This document shows, piece after piece, positions 30,070 through 39,029 of a stretch of DNA of 64,000 nucleotides. The DNA is from Chthonomonadales bacterium (lineage in GTDB: Bacteria; Armatimonadota; Chthonomonadetes; Chthonomonadales; CAJBBX01). The notes beneath the pieces were generated by a model that saw only the letters and a list, made by a program, of their open reading frames with translations, was not told the DNA's origin and ran no database searches. Numbering within the stretch: position 1 is the stretch's first letter; the number at the start of each line of letters is the position of its first letter. The DNA is taken from contig JBMFSQ010000001.1 of NCBI GenBank assembly GCA_049967475.1, forward strand, positions 214,600 through 278,599. Direction: 5' to 3'. The position numbers were made by a program, and so were the translations under genes.

Positions 30070-30774
30070 GTGTTCGGCCGACTTAGGGAAGACGTTCAGA
30101 CGATCATGCGCAGGGACCCGGCGGCGCGCAGCATCTGGGAGGTGCTGAGTTATCCGGGTCTGCACGCCATCCTTTTCCACCGCGTGGCTCACTGGCTCTG
30201 GAACCTGCCGGTTCCTCCGCGCGGCCTCTGGAAGCTCACCGGCAGGCTTCTTTCTCAATTCTCGCGCTTCGTAACCGGCATCGAGATCCACCCCGGGGCA
30301 AAGATCGGCCGGCGTTTCTTTATTGATCACGGGATGGGCAACGTAATCGGCGAGACTGCCGTCATCGGCGACGATGTGCTGATGTACCATCAAGTTACTC
30401 TCGGCGGTACGACCTTGCAGAAGGTGAAGCGGCATCCCACTATCGGCAATAATGTACTCATCGGACCCGGAGCCAAGATTATCGGGGCCATTACGGTTGG
30501 GGATAATTGCAAGATCGGCGCCAACGCCGTTGTAAACAAGGATATTCCTCCCAATTGCACCGTCGTGGGAGTTCCGGGGCGCATCGTTGTGCGCGACAGT
30601 CTGCGGGTATATGACGATGTTCCGGTAATGGACAACCTTCTCAACCGCATAGATCCCGAAGACGAGGTGATCCGGGAGCTTCGACAGCGGGTGGAGTTCC
30701 TGGAACAGCACATCGAGAAGCTCGAGCAGCACCTGGCAGATCACGAGCGTTTCGACCGGAGCGCCCAGCCGTAG
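30070..30774 (+). CDS. cysE: Serine O-acetyltransferase
   Basis: [35 protein letters not shown] hexapeptide repeats. Confidence 0.95.
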   Translation: MFGRLREDVQTIMRRDPAARSIWEVLSYPGLHAILFHRVAHWLWNLPVPPRGLWKLTGRLLSQFSRFVTGIEIHPGAKIGRRFFIDHGMGNVIGETAVIGDDVLMYHQVTLGGTTLQKVKRHPTIGNNVLIGPGAKIIGAITVGDNCKIGANAVVNKDIPPNCTVVGVPGRIVVRDSLRVYDDVPVMDNLLNRIDPEDEVIRELRQRVEFLEQHIEKLEQHLADHERFDRSAQP

Positions 30775-30837
30775 CTGTGGCTGCCCTTGCGGGGGCGCCG
30801 TTGTGCGATGTGCAGAGAAAGGCGCGGAAGCGCGAGA

Positions 30838-32259
30838 GTGGCCCACTACGTGAAAGCGACACGTGTCTGTTTCCTCGCCCTCTTGATGGCCGGCGCGGCC
30901 GGAGCCGGCACTCTTGCCGCCATGAGCCGCAGCGGCGAAGAGGTCGTCGCCCCCGGTATTCACGTTGCAGGCATGGATTGGAGCGGGCGGACGCTGGATG
31001 CTGCCCGCGTGGATCTGGAACAGTGGGCAATCCAACAAACCTCGCGGCCCTTCATAATGATCGCTCGTCTTCCCGAGGGCCGGACTTTGGAGTGGTCGCC
31101 GCCACGTGGGGCCCTTGGCGCATCCGTGGACATCGAGGCCACCATGGATCAGGTGCGGAGGGCCGGTGAGGGGAGAAATGTGTTCGAGCGCATCGTGGAG
31201 TGGTTTGCCGGCAAGCGCACAGTAGACGTTGCGCCGGCGTGGCGCATCGAGGATCATACGCTGCGCGCGTATCTTCTGAAGCATGTAGCTCCGCGCGTGC
31301 GCCGGGTTCCCCGGGATGCGCGCTTCATTCCTTCGGCCAACGGTTACCGAACTCTTCCGGATCGTTCCGGGCTCAGGCTGGATTTGGAACAGGCTGCGGC
31401 CTTGTGTGCCCAGCGGCTGCCGCTTGCCGGTGCAGATCCGCTACCCCTTCCTTTGGTGCAGGTTGCGCCTCATGTTCGGACCTCCGACGTTGCCTCCATT
31501 CGGGGTGAGCTAGCCCATTTCACGACACATTACTCGGAACGCGGCAACCGAGCGCGCAACATCATCGTAGCATGCCGGCGCATCAACGGTATCGTTCTCA
31601 AACCGGGAGATGTATTCTCCTACAACCAGGTGGTAGGGCCGCGGGACATCAGCAGTGGGTTCCGCATAGCACCGGTCATTATCCATGGGCAACTGAAGCC
31701 TGGGATGGGCGGCGGCGTATGCCAGGTGTCTTCCACCCTTTACAACGCCGTAGCCCTGGCTGGCCTGCAAATCGTGCGGCGGGAGCATCATGCGTTCCCG
31801 GTGCACTATGTGCCTCCCGGACGGGATGCCACGGTTGCCTACGGGGCCATAGACTTCCGCTTTCGCAATAACACCCAATCGGCGGTGGCTATTGCCGCCG
31901 ACGGTACTCGCGGCCGGGTTGTCATGCGCATATTCGGCCGGCCCAACCCCGGGCGCCGCATCTCCATTGTGCGCACGCGTGTGGAGAGTTGGCCTCCTCC
32001 TGTTCAGGTGGTGCGGGATCCTTCGCTGCCCGAAGGCGTTCGGCGCGTTCTGGATCGCGGCCACGCCGGGCACCGCGTCACAGTGCTGCGGGTGGTGAAG
32101 GAGGGGGGCCGGGTGGTACGGCGCGAGATTCTGTCCGTGGACCATTACCGCGCATTCCCCCGCATCGTCGCCATTGGGATCGGACCTGTGCCGTTAAGGA
32201 ACCACCTGCGCCCCGTACTGCAAGACGATGGCTTGGGTCAGGAAGCCCCAGGCCTCTAG
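30838..32259 (+). CDS. VanW family protein (PG-binding, VanW and G5 domains)
   Basis: PGDVFSYNQVVG, GGGVCQVSSTLYNA, PPGRDATV; G5-like tail; start uncertain. Confidence 0.9.
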   Translation: MAHYVKATRVCFLALLMAGAAGAGTLAAMSRSGEEVVAPGIHVAGMDWSGRTLDAARVDLEQWAIQQTSRPFIMIARLPEGRTLEWSPPRGALGASVDIEATMDQVRRAGEGRNVFERIVEWFAGKRTVDVAPAWRIEDHTLRAYLLKHVAPRVRRVPRDARFIPSANGYRTLPDRSGLRLDLEQAAALCAQRLPLAGADPLPLPLVQVAPHVRTSDVASIRGELAHFTTHYSERGNRARNIIVACRRINGIVLKPGDVFSYNQVVGPRDISSGFRIAPVIIHGQLKPGMGGGVCQVSSTLYNAVALAGLQIVRREHHAFPVHYVPPGRDATVAYGAIDFRFRNNTQSAVAIAADGTRGRVVMRIFGRPNPGRRISIVRTRVESWPPPVQVVRDPSLPEGVRRVLDRGHAGHRVTVLRVVKEGGRVVRREILSVDHYRAFPRIVAIGIGPVPLRNHLRPVLQDDGLGQEAPGL

Positions 32260-32329
32260 CACAGATCCCTCCTTCACTACCGGTGCCCCTTCGCGCCGTC
32301 GTTCTTCGCCCCCATTCGTCCCCTAGCCC

Positions 32330-32358
32330 TTGACACAATCCGGCACAGTCGTTAGAAT
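32330..32358 (+). promoter_or_regulatory. Near-consensus sigma70 promoter
   Basis: TTGACA-17bp-TAGAAT. Confidence 0.8.
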
Positions 32359-32360
32359 GT

Positions 32361-32404
32361 AGGGCGACTGAGTGGTGACTGCATGGGGATCCGATGGTGA
32401 CTGA
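32361..32404 (+). repeat. Four degenerate tandem 11-bp repeats
   Basis: AGGGCGACTGA GTGGTGACTGC ATGGGGATCCG ATGGTGACTGA directly after the -10 box. Confidence 0.6.
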
Positions 32405-32558
32405 ATAGAGTGTTAAGGGTGCCTCGCATTATTCCATGTTTCGCTGCCACGGCGTCACCACCAAATCACCCACGGCCCTGTGTGTCGAATGCGCGTAAAA
32501 CGCGGCGGCATTTCGGCATCCCAGGCGGCCGGCGGGCAGCAGTGAGGGCGGCACTGAG

Positions 32559-33116
32559 TTGAGCGACGATGTGATGGAGTGGGTTTCTTCTGTGCTGAGG
32601 CATATGCCGGCGGCGCGCCCATGGGATGACGCTGCGGCTGAAACGTACCGGATGGCTCTTCGGAGGCTGCCCGACGCTTTGGTTCGGCGAACGATCGCGC
32701 GGGCGGTTGCTGTCTGTACGCAGCGCCCCACGGTAGCGGAACTCCTGACCCTTGCTGCGGAATGTGCCGCCGGGCATCATCCTTCCGCCTCCGCCGCGTG
32801 GAAGGAAGTGCGCCATCTCCTTGAGACGCGCGGTCTCTACTGCCGCCGAGATCCCCTGCGGCCCAACGTGTTCTACGAGGGCACCCCTGTGTTTTCCCAT
32901 CGCCTCATCGGCGAAGTCGTTGCCGCCATGGGAGGGTGGAGGGCGCTCTGCCTGACGGAAGACGGACTTGAGCGCCTCAACAGTTCCTTTTTGCGCCTTT
33001 ATCGGCTCCATGAGGAGCAAGATCGCATCCGCCAGTTCGAGGCCCTATGCAATGCGGTGGGCATCCACGGGGTAGAGGAGGCCATGCAGCCCGCCGCCGA
33101 CATACAGGCTGCCTAA
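32559..33116 (+). CDS. Phage-type replicative helicase loader/inhibitor-like protein (G39P-like N-terminus, DUF6475-like C-terminus)
   Basis: Y..AL..LP...V...I...RPTVAEL, then AW.EV...RG.Y...FSH.LI..VV.AMGGW..LC...F.RLY; TTG start with GAGG SD. Confidence 0.7.
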   Translation: MSDDVMEWVSSVLRHMPAARPWDDAAAETYRMALRRLPDALVRRTIARAVAVCTQRPTVAELLTLAAECAAGHHPSASAAWKEVRHLLETRGLYCRRDPLRPNVFYEGTPVFSHRLIGEVVAAMGGWRALCLTEDGLERLNSSFLRLYRLHEEQDRIRQFEALCNAVGIHGVEEAMQPAADIQAA

Positions 33117-33139
33117 AGAGTGATCCAGGCAGATTGGAC

Positions 33140-33412
33140 CTACCGTCTCCATGGCGGCGGCTGATCCAGCTCATCTATGATGCGTGCTCCATCGGGGATG
33201 GAGAACACGGCGCACTGCGGGGCGGCCTGGGCGATGGGTACGGCTGTGCGCCAATCAGGTTCGAACCATAGGCGAAGTTCATGGCGCCGGATCAGGGTGA
33301 GAGCGAATTCAACCCTATCTCGATACTCAATGAGTTCGTGTTCGCTCTTTTCGGAGCGCCGAGGGCAGTAGGGGTTGTTCCAAGAGAAAATCTGGCGGAT
33401 TGGGTCTTGCAT
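33140..33412 (-). CDS. Small hypothetical protein (~90 aa)
   Basis: MQDPIRQIFSWNNPYCPRR...DQPPPWRR; fills the gap, protein-like composition. Confidence 0.5.
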   Translation of the reverse strand: MQDPIRQIFSWNNPYCPRRSEKSEHELIEYRDRVEFALTLIRRHELRLWFEPDWRTAVPIAQAAPQCAVFSIPDGARIIDELDQPPPWRR

Positions 33413-33530
33413 GGGAGATCGGATGGGGTCTCCTGATGAGCATTCGCTCTCATAGCGTACCGCAATTTCGTCTGCCGGTGCAAGCAGCGGGTCTGCTGAA
33501 AAACGCGGGGATAATTCTTTCTTCAACCCC

Positions 33531-33559
33531 TTGACACGTCCGGCCGGCTGGTATACAAT
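33531..33559 (+). promoter_or_regulatory. dcw (mraZ) promoter
   Basis: TTGACA-17bp-TACAAT. Confidence 0.85.
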
Positions 33560-33599
33560 GGGGCGGCAGGTGGTAATTGGTGGTGAATCGGGGTGGGTT
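33560..33599 (+). promoter_or_regulatory. MraZ-binding repeats (10-bp period)
   Basis: GGGG/GTGG/GTGG/GGGG at 33560, 33570, 33580 and 33590. Confidence 0.7.
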
Positions 33600-33638
33600 G
33601 TTCCCAGGCTGTGGGAACAGGATTACGGGCCGTAGGGT

Positions 33639-34124
33639 GTGGCGAGCGTTATGGTGGAAGATCTTGCCGGCGAGTATGGGCTCTGGGGTGAGTTTGAACA
33701 TGGCGTGGACGACAAGGGCCGCGTTGTAATGCCCCAGGAATTCCGAGCCGCACTCGGGGAGCAGTTCGTGTTGACCCGGGGACCGGAGCACGCCATCTTC
33801 GTATTCCCGATGGACGTTTGGCGCGCCGTGGAGAGCCGCTTGCGCGGCGGCGTCATGGATCGTGAGCGGGCATTCCTCAGGCAGATGATGGCGGGAAGCC
33901 GCACCATCGTCCGCCTCGATCCCCAATTCCGTCTTGCCATACCGAAGCTCCTAAGGGAATGGGCCGGCATTACGCAGAGCGAAACCGCCGTGATTGTGGG
34001 GCAGGACAATAAGCTGGAGATCTGGTCGAAGAGCAACTGGATGAAGCAGATGGAGGCCTTTACATACGACCGGCTCTTCCAGGCAGCGGAGGCGATTGGC
34101 CTTGCGGAGGTAGGAGTGCGGTGA
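33639..34124 (+). CDS. mraZ: Transcriptional regulator MraZ
   Basis: GEFEHGVDDKGRVVMP, LDPQFRLAIP, LEIWS; first gene of dcw. Confidence 0.95.
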   Translation: MASVMVEDLAGEYGLWGEFEHGVDDKGRVVMPQEFRAALGEQFVLTRGPEHAIFVFPMDVWRAVESRLRGGVMDRERAFLRQMMAGSRTIVRLDPQFRLAIPKLLREWAGITQSETAVIVGQDNKLEIWSKSNWMKQMEAFTYDRLFQAAEAIGLAEVGVR

Positions 34125-35113
34125 CGCAGAACGCCGGCAGGATGGCCTTCCATTTGCCGGTTATGGCTCGAGAAACGGTGGAGTTGTTGGAACTTCGGCC
34201 TGGCCTCACCATAGTAGATGCCACGGCCGGCGGGGGAGGACATGCCGCCCTTATGGCGCAGCAGATCAGCCCCGGGGGAAGGCTGGTGCTTTTGGACCGA
34301 GACCCTCAGGCGCTTGACGAAGCCACACAGCGCGTGTCTGCCGAAGGGGTGTCCTGTATTTCGATCGGAGGCAACTTTCGGAACATTGGTTCGCTGCTTT
34401 CGGAGCGAGGCATTTACACCGTGGATCGCGTGCTCATAGACCTAGGGGTCTCGTCGCACCAACTGGATACTCCCGAGCGCGGCTTCTCGTTCCGGCGGGA
34501 TGCGCCGCTGGACATGCGCATGGGGCCGGATGCCGGGCCTTCCGCAGCGGAGCTCCTGGAGCGCATAACCGAGCGCGAATTAGCTCAGCTCCTTTGGGAT
34601 TACGCCGACGAGCGTTGGGCGCAGCGCATCAGCCGCTTCGTCGTCCGCGCGCGGGAACAGGAGCCTATCCGTACGACGCGGCAATTGGCGCAGATTGTGG
34701 AGAGGGCGATCCCAAGAGCAGCATGGCCCAAGGATATCCATCCTGCCACGCGCACCTTCCTCGCACTGCGCATCGCAGTGAACGACGAGCTCAATGCCCT
34801 GAGGGATGGGCTGGAACAGGTTGTGAGATTGCTTCGTGCGCCGGGCGGAAGGGTGGCCGTAATCGCCTACCACTCGGCTGAGGATCGGGTGGTGAAGCAG
34901 GTGTTGCGAAAACTGTCAGGCCAATGCCAGTGCCCGCCACGGCTTCCGAAGTGCACGTGCGGGGCTGTGCCGTTGCTTCGCAGGGTGACCAAGAAGCCGG
35001 TGGTTCCCAGTGAGGACGAAGTGGCTACGAACCCACGCAGCAGGAGCGCCCGCCTGCGGGTTGCCGAGAGGGTGCAGTTAGGGGAGATGGAGGCATCCGC
35101 GGCAGCGTCGTGA
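34121..35113 (+). CDS. rsmH: 16S rRNA C1402 methyltransferase
   Basis: HLPVM, DATAGGGGH, DLGVSSHQLD, NPRSRSARLR. Confidence 0.98.
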   Translation: MTQNAGRMAFHLPVMARETVELLELRPGLTIVDATAGGGGHAALMAQQISPGGRLVLLDRDPQALDEATQRVSAEGVSCISIGGNFRNIGSLLSERGIYTVDRVLIDLGVSSHQLDTPERGFSFRRDAPLDMRMGPDAGPSAAELLERITERELAQLLWDYADERWAQRISRFVVRAREQEPIRTTRQLAQIVERAIPRAAWPKDIHPATRTFLALRIAVNDELNALRDGLEQVVRLLRAPGGRVAVIAYHSAEDRVVKQVLRKLSGQCQCPPRLPKCTCGAVPLLRRVTKKPVVPSEDEVATNPRSRSARLRVAERVQLGEMEASAAAS

Positions 35114-35232
35114 ACCGTTTGCAGAATTGATTCGGCATTAGGTGTGCTTCGAACCCGCAGAGTGCTTCGCCATCATGTTTTGTTCATCGGCTTCTGCGCG
35201 GGGACGGCACCCGAGCCGAGGAGGAGGATCCT

Positions 35233-35604
35233 ATGGCTCTTGCTCAGCGCCGCATCCCGTACGCGTACCAGCGTCCGGCGGCATGGCAGGCTCCGCGCCC
35301 GGCGCCTGTGGTGGTTCCGCGGCCGCGCGTAGTTTTGCCGGCATTGTGGCATTGTCTGGCTGCAGCATTTGCCGCGGCTGGCATCGCTGCCACGTACGTT
35401 CATGGCGACGCGCGCATGGTGGAGGCAAATCATCAGCGCATCGCGATCCAGCGCCTCACGGGCCAGCTCCTTACCCGGCGACAGCGCCTCCACGCAGAGG
35501 TGATCCAGCGTACGAGCAATACCGCCGTAGCGCAATGGGCCCAGTCCCACGGGATGGAGCCTGCCGGCGACGATGCCGTTCTGGTATACAAGGGCGGGCA
35601 ATAG
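35233..35604 (+). CDS. ftsL: Cell division protein FtsL-like
   Basis: TM, coiled coil and AQSHGM motif; lies between rsmH and ftsI. Confidence 0.7.
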   Translation: MALAQRRIPYAYQRPAAWQAPRPAPVVVPRPRVVLPALWHCLAAAFAAAGIAATYVHGDARMVEANHQRIAIQRLTGQLLTRRQRLHAEVIQRTSNTAVAQWAQSHGMEPAGDDAVLVYKGGQ

Positions 35605-35619
35605 GAACGGCAGGCACCC

Positions 35620-37461
35620 ATGGCAACGAGCGTGCGGCCAAACCAATCTGTTCATGGGCGCATCGGGGTCATCTTTTGGGTGCTCATTGCGGCGCACGCG
35701 GCAACGGTTCTGCGGCTGGCGGATCTGCAGATACGCCACGGCAAGGCTTACCGGATGGCCGCGTTCAACAGCAGGGTCCGGACGATCCCTCTGCCCGCTA
35801 CTCGGGGGGACATATTGGACCGGCACGGGCACACGTTGGCCGGAACGACTTTCCGTTCCACGATTGTTGCGGACACGACGCTCATTCGGGATCCTCAACG
35901 TACGGCGGCAGCCCTGGCACAGGTGCTTCACGTGCCTGCCGAGGAATTGGTGCCGTATTGTACTCGGCAGCCTAACGTTTATCGGCCATCGCCCAGGGCG
36001 GTCAAAATGCCTGTGGCGATAAGCCTAACCCAGGAGGAGGAATTACAGCGTCTCCAACGGGATCGGGACACGCTCTCCGCTTTCAAGGGCATCGGCATCG
36101 TGAAGACGCCCCAACGCATCTATCCTGCGGGGCGGGAAGCGGCCAACGTCATCGGCATATTGGGTGAGCAGCAGGACGGGTTGCACGGGGTGGCGGGCGT
36201 CGAACGGTCCTTGGATAGTGTATTGAGCGGCCGGAGCGGGATGGTCAAGGCGGAGGTGGATGCGCGCGGGCGCGTCATTCCCGGAACGGAGGTCGAGCGG
36301 CTGGATCGCCAGGATGGCCTTACCGCGGTTTTGACGCTGGATGCGTCCGTTCAGCATATCGCTGCGTCGGAGCTGGCCCAGTGCTGCCGCGAGTACCATC
36401 CGGCGGGGGCGACGGCCATCGTGATGGATCCGGCGACTGGCGACCTTCTTGCCGTGGTGAGTTGGCCTACGTTTGACCCGGCTACACGCAAGGAGCTCGT
36501 TACCGGTCGTCGCGGAATGGAGGCATCTCCCGGCATGGAGGCGTTGCGCAACCGTGCGGTGAGCCTGTTCGAGCCAGGGAGCACGATGAAGATCATCACT
36601 GCGGCTGCCGCGCTCACCGAGGGCGTAATCACCCCTGCCACACGCTTCTATTGTGCGGGAGAGTATCACCTGGGCCACCACACCATTCGGTGCGCTTTGC
36701 ACCACGGCGAGCGTGCGCACGGCGAAGAGACCATCGAAGGGGTGATCAAGAACTCCTGCAATATAGCATCCGCGCAGATTGGGATGCGGTTGGGCATGGG
36801 CCGTCTGGAGAAGTATCTGAGGGCGTTCGGACTGTTGGAGCCGACGGGCGTGGAGCTGCCCGGCGATGTGCGAGGCCGGCTGGGGTTCGGCTACGAAGCA
36901 GATCGTGAGAGTTTGGCCAAGGCAGCGCGCGTGGCCTTCGGCCAATCGGTGTCGGTTACTCCGCTGGCAATGGCTACGGCGTATGCGGCCATCGCCAACG
37001 GGGGCATCCTGGTTGGGCCGCGATTGGTTCTAGAGTACCGGGATCCCGCGGGCCGAACAGTTCGAACGAACCCGCCGAAGGCCGGCAAGCGCGTGCTAAC
37101 TCCAGAGATGGCTGCATACCTGCGCACCTTGCTGGAAGGAGTTGTGGCATCGGGAACCGGAACCGCGGCCCAGGTGCCAGGATACACGGTTGCAGGCAAA
37201 ACGGGCACGGCGCAAAAAGTGGTGCCGGGTCATCGAGGGTATGCTCGGGACCGGTACGTAGCCTCCTTCATCGGGTTTGTGCCCGCTACGAAACCCCGAG
37301 CGCTCATCTATGTGGTTGTAGACGAACCGCATGGCGCCTACTATGGAGCCCAGGTTGCGGCTCCGGTGTTCCAGCGCATTGCGCAGTGGCTCATGTGGTA
37401 TTGGAAGGTGCCTCCAGACAATCCGGCGGGGCTCCAGAAGGCGCGGGCAGTAAGGCGGTAA
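35620..37461 (+). CDS. ftsI: Class B penicillin-binding protein FtsI
   Basis: RGDILDR, EPGSTMK, SCN, KTGTAQ. Confidence 0.95.
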   Translation: MATSVRPNQSVHGRIGVIFWVLIAAHAATVLRLADLQIRHGKAYRMAAFNSRVRTIPLPATRGDILDRHGHTLAGTTFRSTIVADTTLIRDPQRTAAALAQVLHVPAEELVPYCTRQPNVYRPSPRAVKMPVAISLTQEEELQRLQRDRDTLSAFKGIGIVKTPQRIYPAGREAANVIGILGEQQDGLHGVAGVERSLDSVLSGRSGMVKAEVDARGRVIPGTEVERLDRQDGLTAVLTLDASVQHIAASELAQCCREYHPAGATAIVMDPATGDLLAVVSWPTFDPATRKELVTGRRGMEASPGMEALRNRAVSLFEPGSTMKIITAAAALTEGVITPATRFYCAGEYHLGHHTIRCALHHGERAHGEETIEGVIKNSCNIASAQIGMRLGMGRLEKYLRAFGLLEPTGVELPGDVRGRLGFGYEADRESLAKAARVAFGQSVSVTPLAMATAYAAIANGGILVGPRLVLEYRDPAGRTVRTNPPKAGKRVLTPEMAAYLRTLLEGVVASGTGTAAQVPGYTVAGKTGTAQKVVPGHRGYARDRYVASFIGFVPATKPRALIYVVVDEPHGAYYGAQVAAPVFQRIAQWLMWYWKVPPDNPAGLQKARAVRR

Positions 37462-37504
37462 ACTAAGAAGCAGCGGTTGCTGTTTTGCACGATAGGGGGA
37501 ACGG

Positions 37505-38980
37505 GTGAAGCTGGCTGAGTTGGTACAAAGGGCGGGTGTAGGGGCCATCGCAGGCCCTCCCGGTGTTTCGGTGCAAGGCATCTGCCACGACACCAGGGAC
37601 GTAAAGCCTGGCGACCTCTTCGTGTGCCTCGTAGGGGCGAACTTCGACGGCCATCACTTCGCCGCAGAAGCAGTTAATCGGGGCGCAGCGGCTCTGTGCG
37701 TGGAACGGATGGTGGATGCTCCCCCGAATGTTCCCGTTGTGCTTGTAGAGGATACTCGCCGCGCGCTCCCGCTTCTGGCGAGCACCTTCTACGGGCATCC
37801 TTCTGAAGGTCTCAAACTCGTCGGCGTTACCGGTACCAATGGAAAAACCACCACAACGCGCTTGATCGCAGCGATCCTGCGCACTGTGGGGATGCACGTG
37901 GGGACCATCGGCACCTTGGGGGCGGAGCTGGATGGCGATGCCATTCCCTCGAACCACACGACCCCAGAGGCAGATGAGCTGCAATCCTTGTTGGCCCTGA
38001 TGCGGCAGCGCGGCGCCGATGCTGTATGCATGGAGGTGTCGTCCCACGCCCTGGCCCAGTACCGCACGGACGGTTGCCGCTTCGATGCTGCCGTCTTTAC
38101 CAACCTGACACAGGATCATTTGGATTACCACAGGGATCTGGACGCTTACTTCAACGCCAAAATGCGCCTTTTCGAGGAGTATCCCCGGGCTTCAGGGAAG
38201 CCGTTCGTCGCGGCAGTCAATGCTGATGATCCCCGCGGGCCTGACGTGCTTCGGCGGGTGATCGGCAAGGCGGTTACCTTTGGAGTTACGGCGGATGCGG
38301 CCGTGCGAGCGGAAGCTGTGGAAGTAGCCCCGGACCGATCCAGCTTCAGAGCCGTCACACCGCACGGCACCTTCGACGTGCGTTTGAATATCGGAGGGGC
38401 CTTCCAGATTTACAATGCCCTTGCAGCCACCGCCTGCTGCCTGGAGCTGGGCGTTCCGGCGGATGCCGTCGCGGCCGGTTTGGCCGGCGTAGATCGGGTA
38501 CCCGGCCGCTTCGAACCGATCCATACGGGGCTGGGTTGGCATGTGATTGTGGATTATGCGCACACGCCCGACGGCCTGCACAATCTCCTCGCCTCTGCGC
38601 GACAACTGCAGCCCGCCCGGCTGATCCTTGTGTTTGGATGCGGCGGAAACAGAGACCGTACGAAGAGGCCGATCATGGGGCGCATCGCTGTGGAAGAAGC
38701 CGATCGTGTATTCATCACTTCGGACAATCCACGCGATGAGGATCCCGAGGCCATTCTTGCCGAGATCCTTGCCGGGATCGAGGACACCCGAGTACCGGTG
38801 GCGGTCGAACCGGATCGGGGCGCTGCCATCGCTGCAGCGTTGGCTGAGGCGCGGGAAGGAGACGTGGTTCTGGTAGCCGGCAAGGGACACGAAGACTACC
38901 AGGAGGTGAAAGGGAAGCGCTTGCCTTTCGATGATCGGGCAGTGATCCGGGAATGGCTTGCCAAGTGCGCGGTGAGATGA
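37505..38980 (+). CDS. murE: UDP-MurNAc-tripeptide ligase (meso-DAP type)
   Basis: TGTNGKTT, MEVSSH, DYAHTPD, DNPR, AGKGHE. Confidence 0.97.
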   Translation: MKLAELVQRAGVGAIAGPPGVSVQGICHDTRDVKPGDLFVCLVGANFDGHHFAAEAVNRGAAALCVERMVDAPPNVPVVLVEDTRRALPLLASTFYGHPSEGLKLVGVTGTNGKTTTTRLIAAILRTVGMHVGTIGTLGAELDGDAIPSNHTTPEADELQSLLALMRQRGADAVCMEVSSHALAQYRTDGCRFDAAVFTNLTQDHLDYHRDLDAYFNAKMRLFEEYPRASGKPFVAAVNADDPRGPDVLRRVIGKAVTFGVTADAAVRAEAVEVAPDRSSFRAVTPHGTFDVRLNIGGAFQIYNALAATACCLELGVPADAVAAGLAGVDRVPGRFEPIHTGLGWHVIVDYAHTPDGLHNLLASARQLQPARLILVFGCGGNRDRTKRPIMGRIAVEEADRVFITSDNPRDEDPEAILAEILAGIEDTRVPVAVEPDRGAAIAAALAEAREGDVVLVAGKGHEDYQEVKGKRLPFDDRAVIREWLAKCAVR

Positions 38981-39029
38981 TGAGGCGCCGGAGGGGCCGC
39001 CGCGCGGGCTCTGGGGCGCGTGGAGGATT

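Noticed and set aside
32361..32404. CRISPR array
   Set aside because: Units are 11 bp, contiguous and degenerate, with no spacers or cas genes.
32259..33530. Prophage
   Set aside because: Only one phage-like gene; no structural, integrase or att features.
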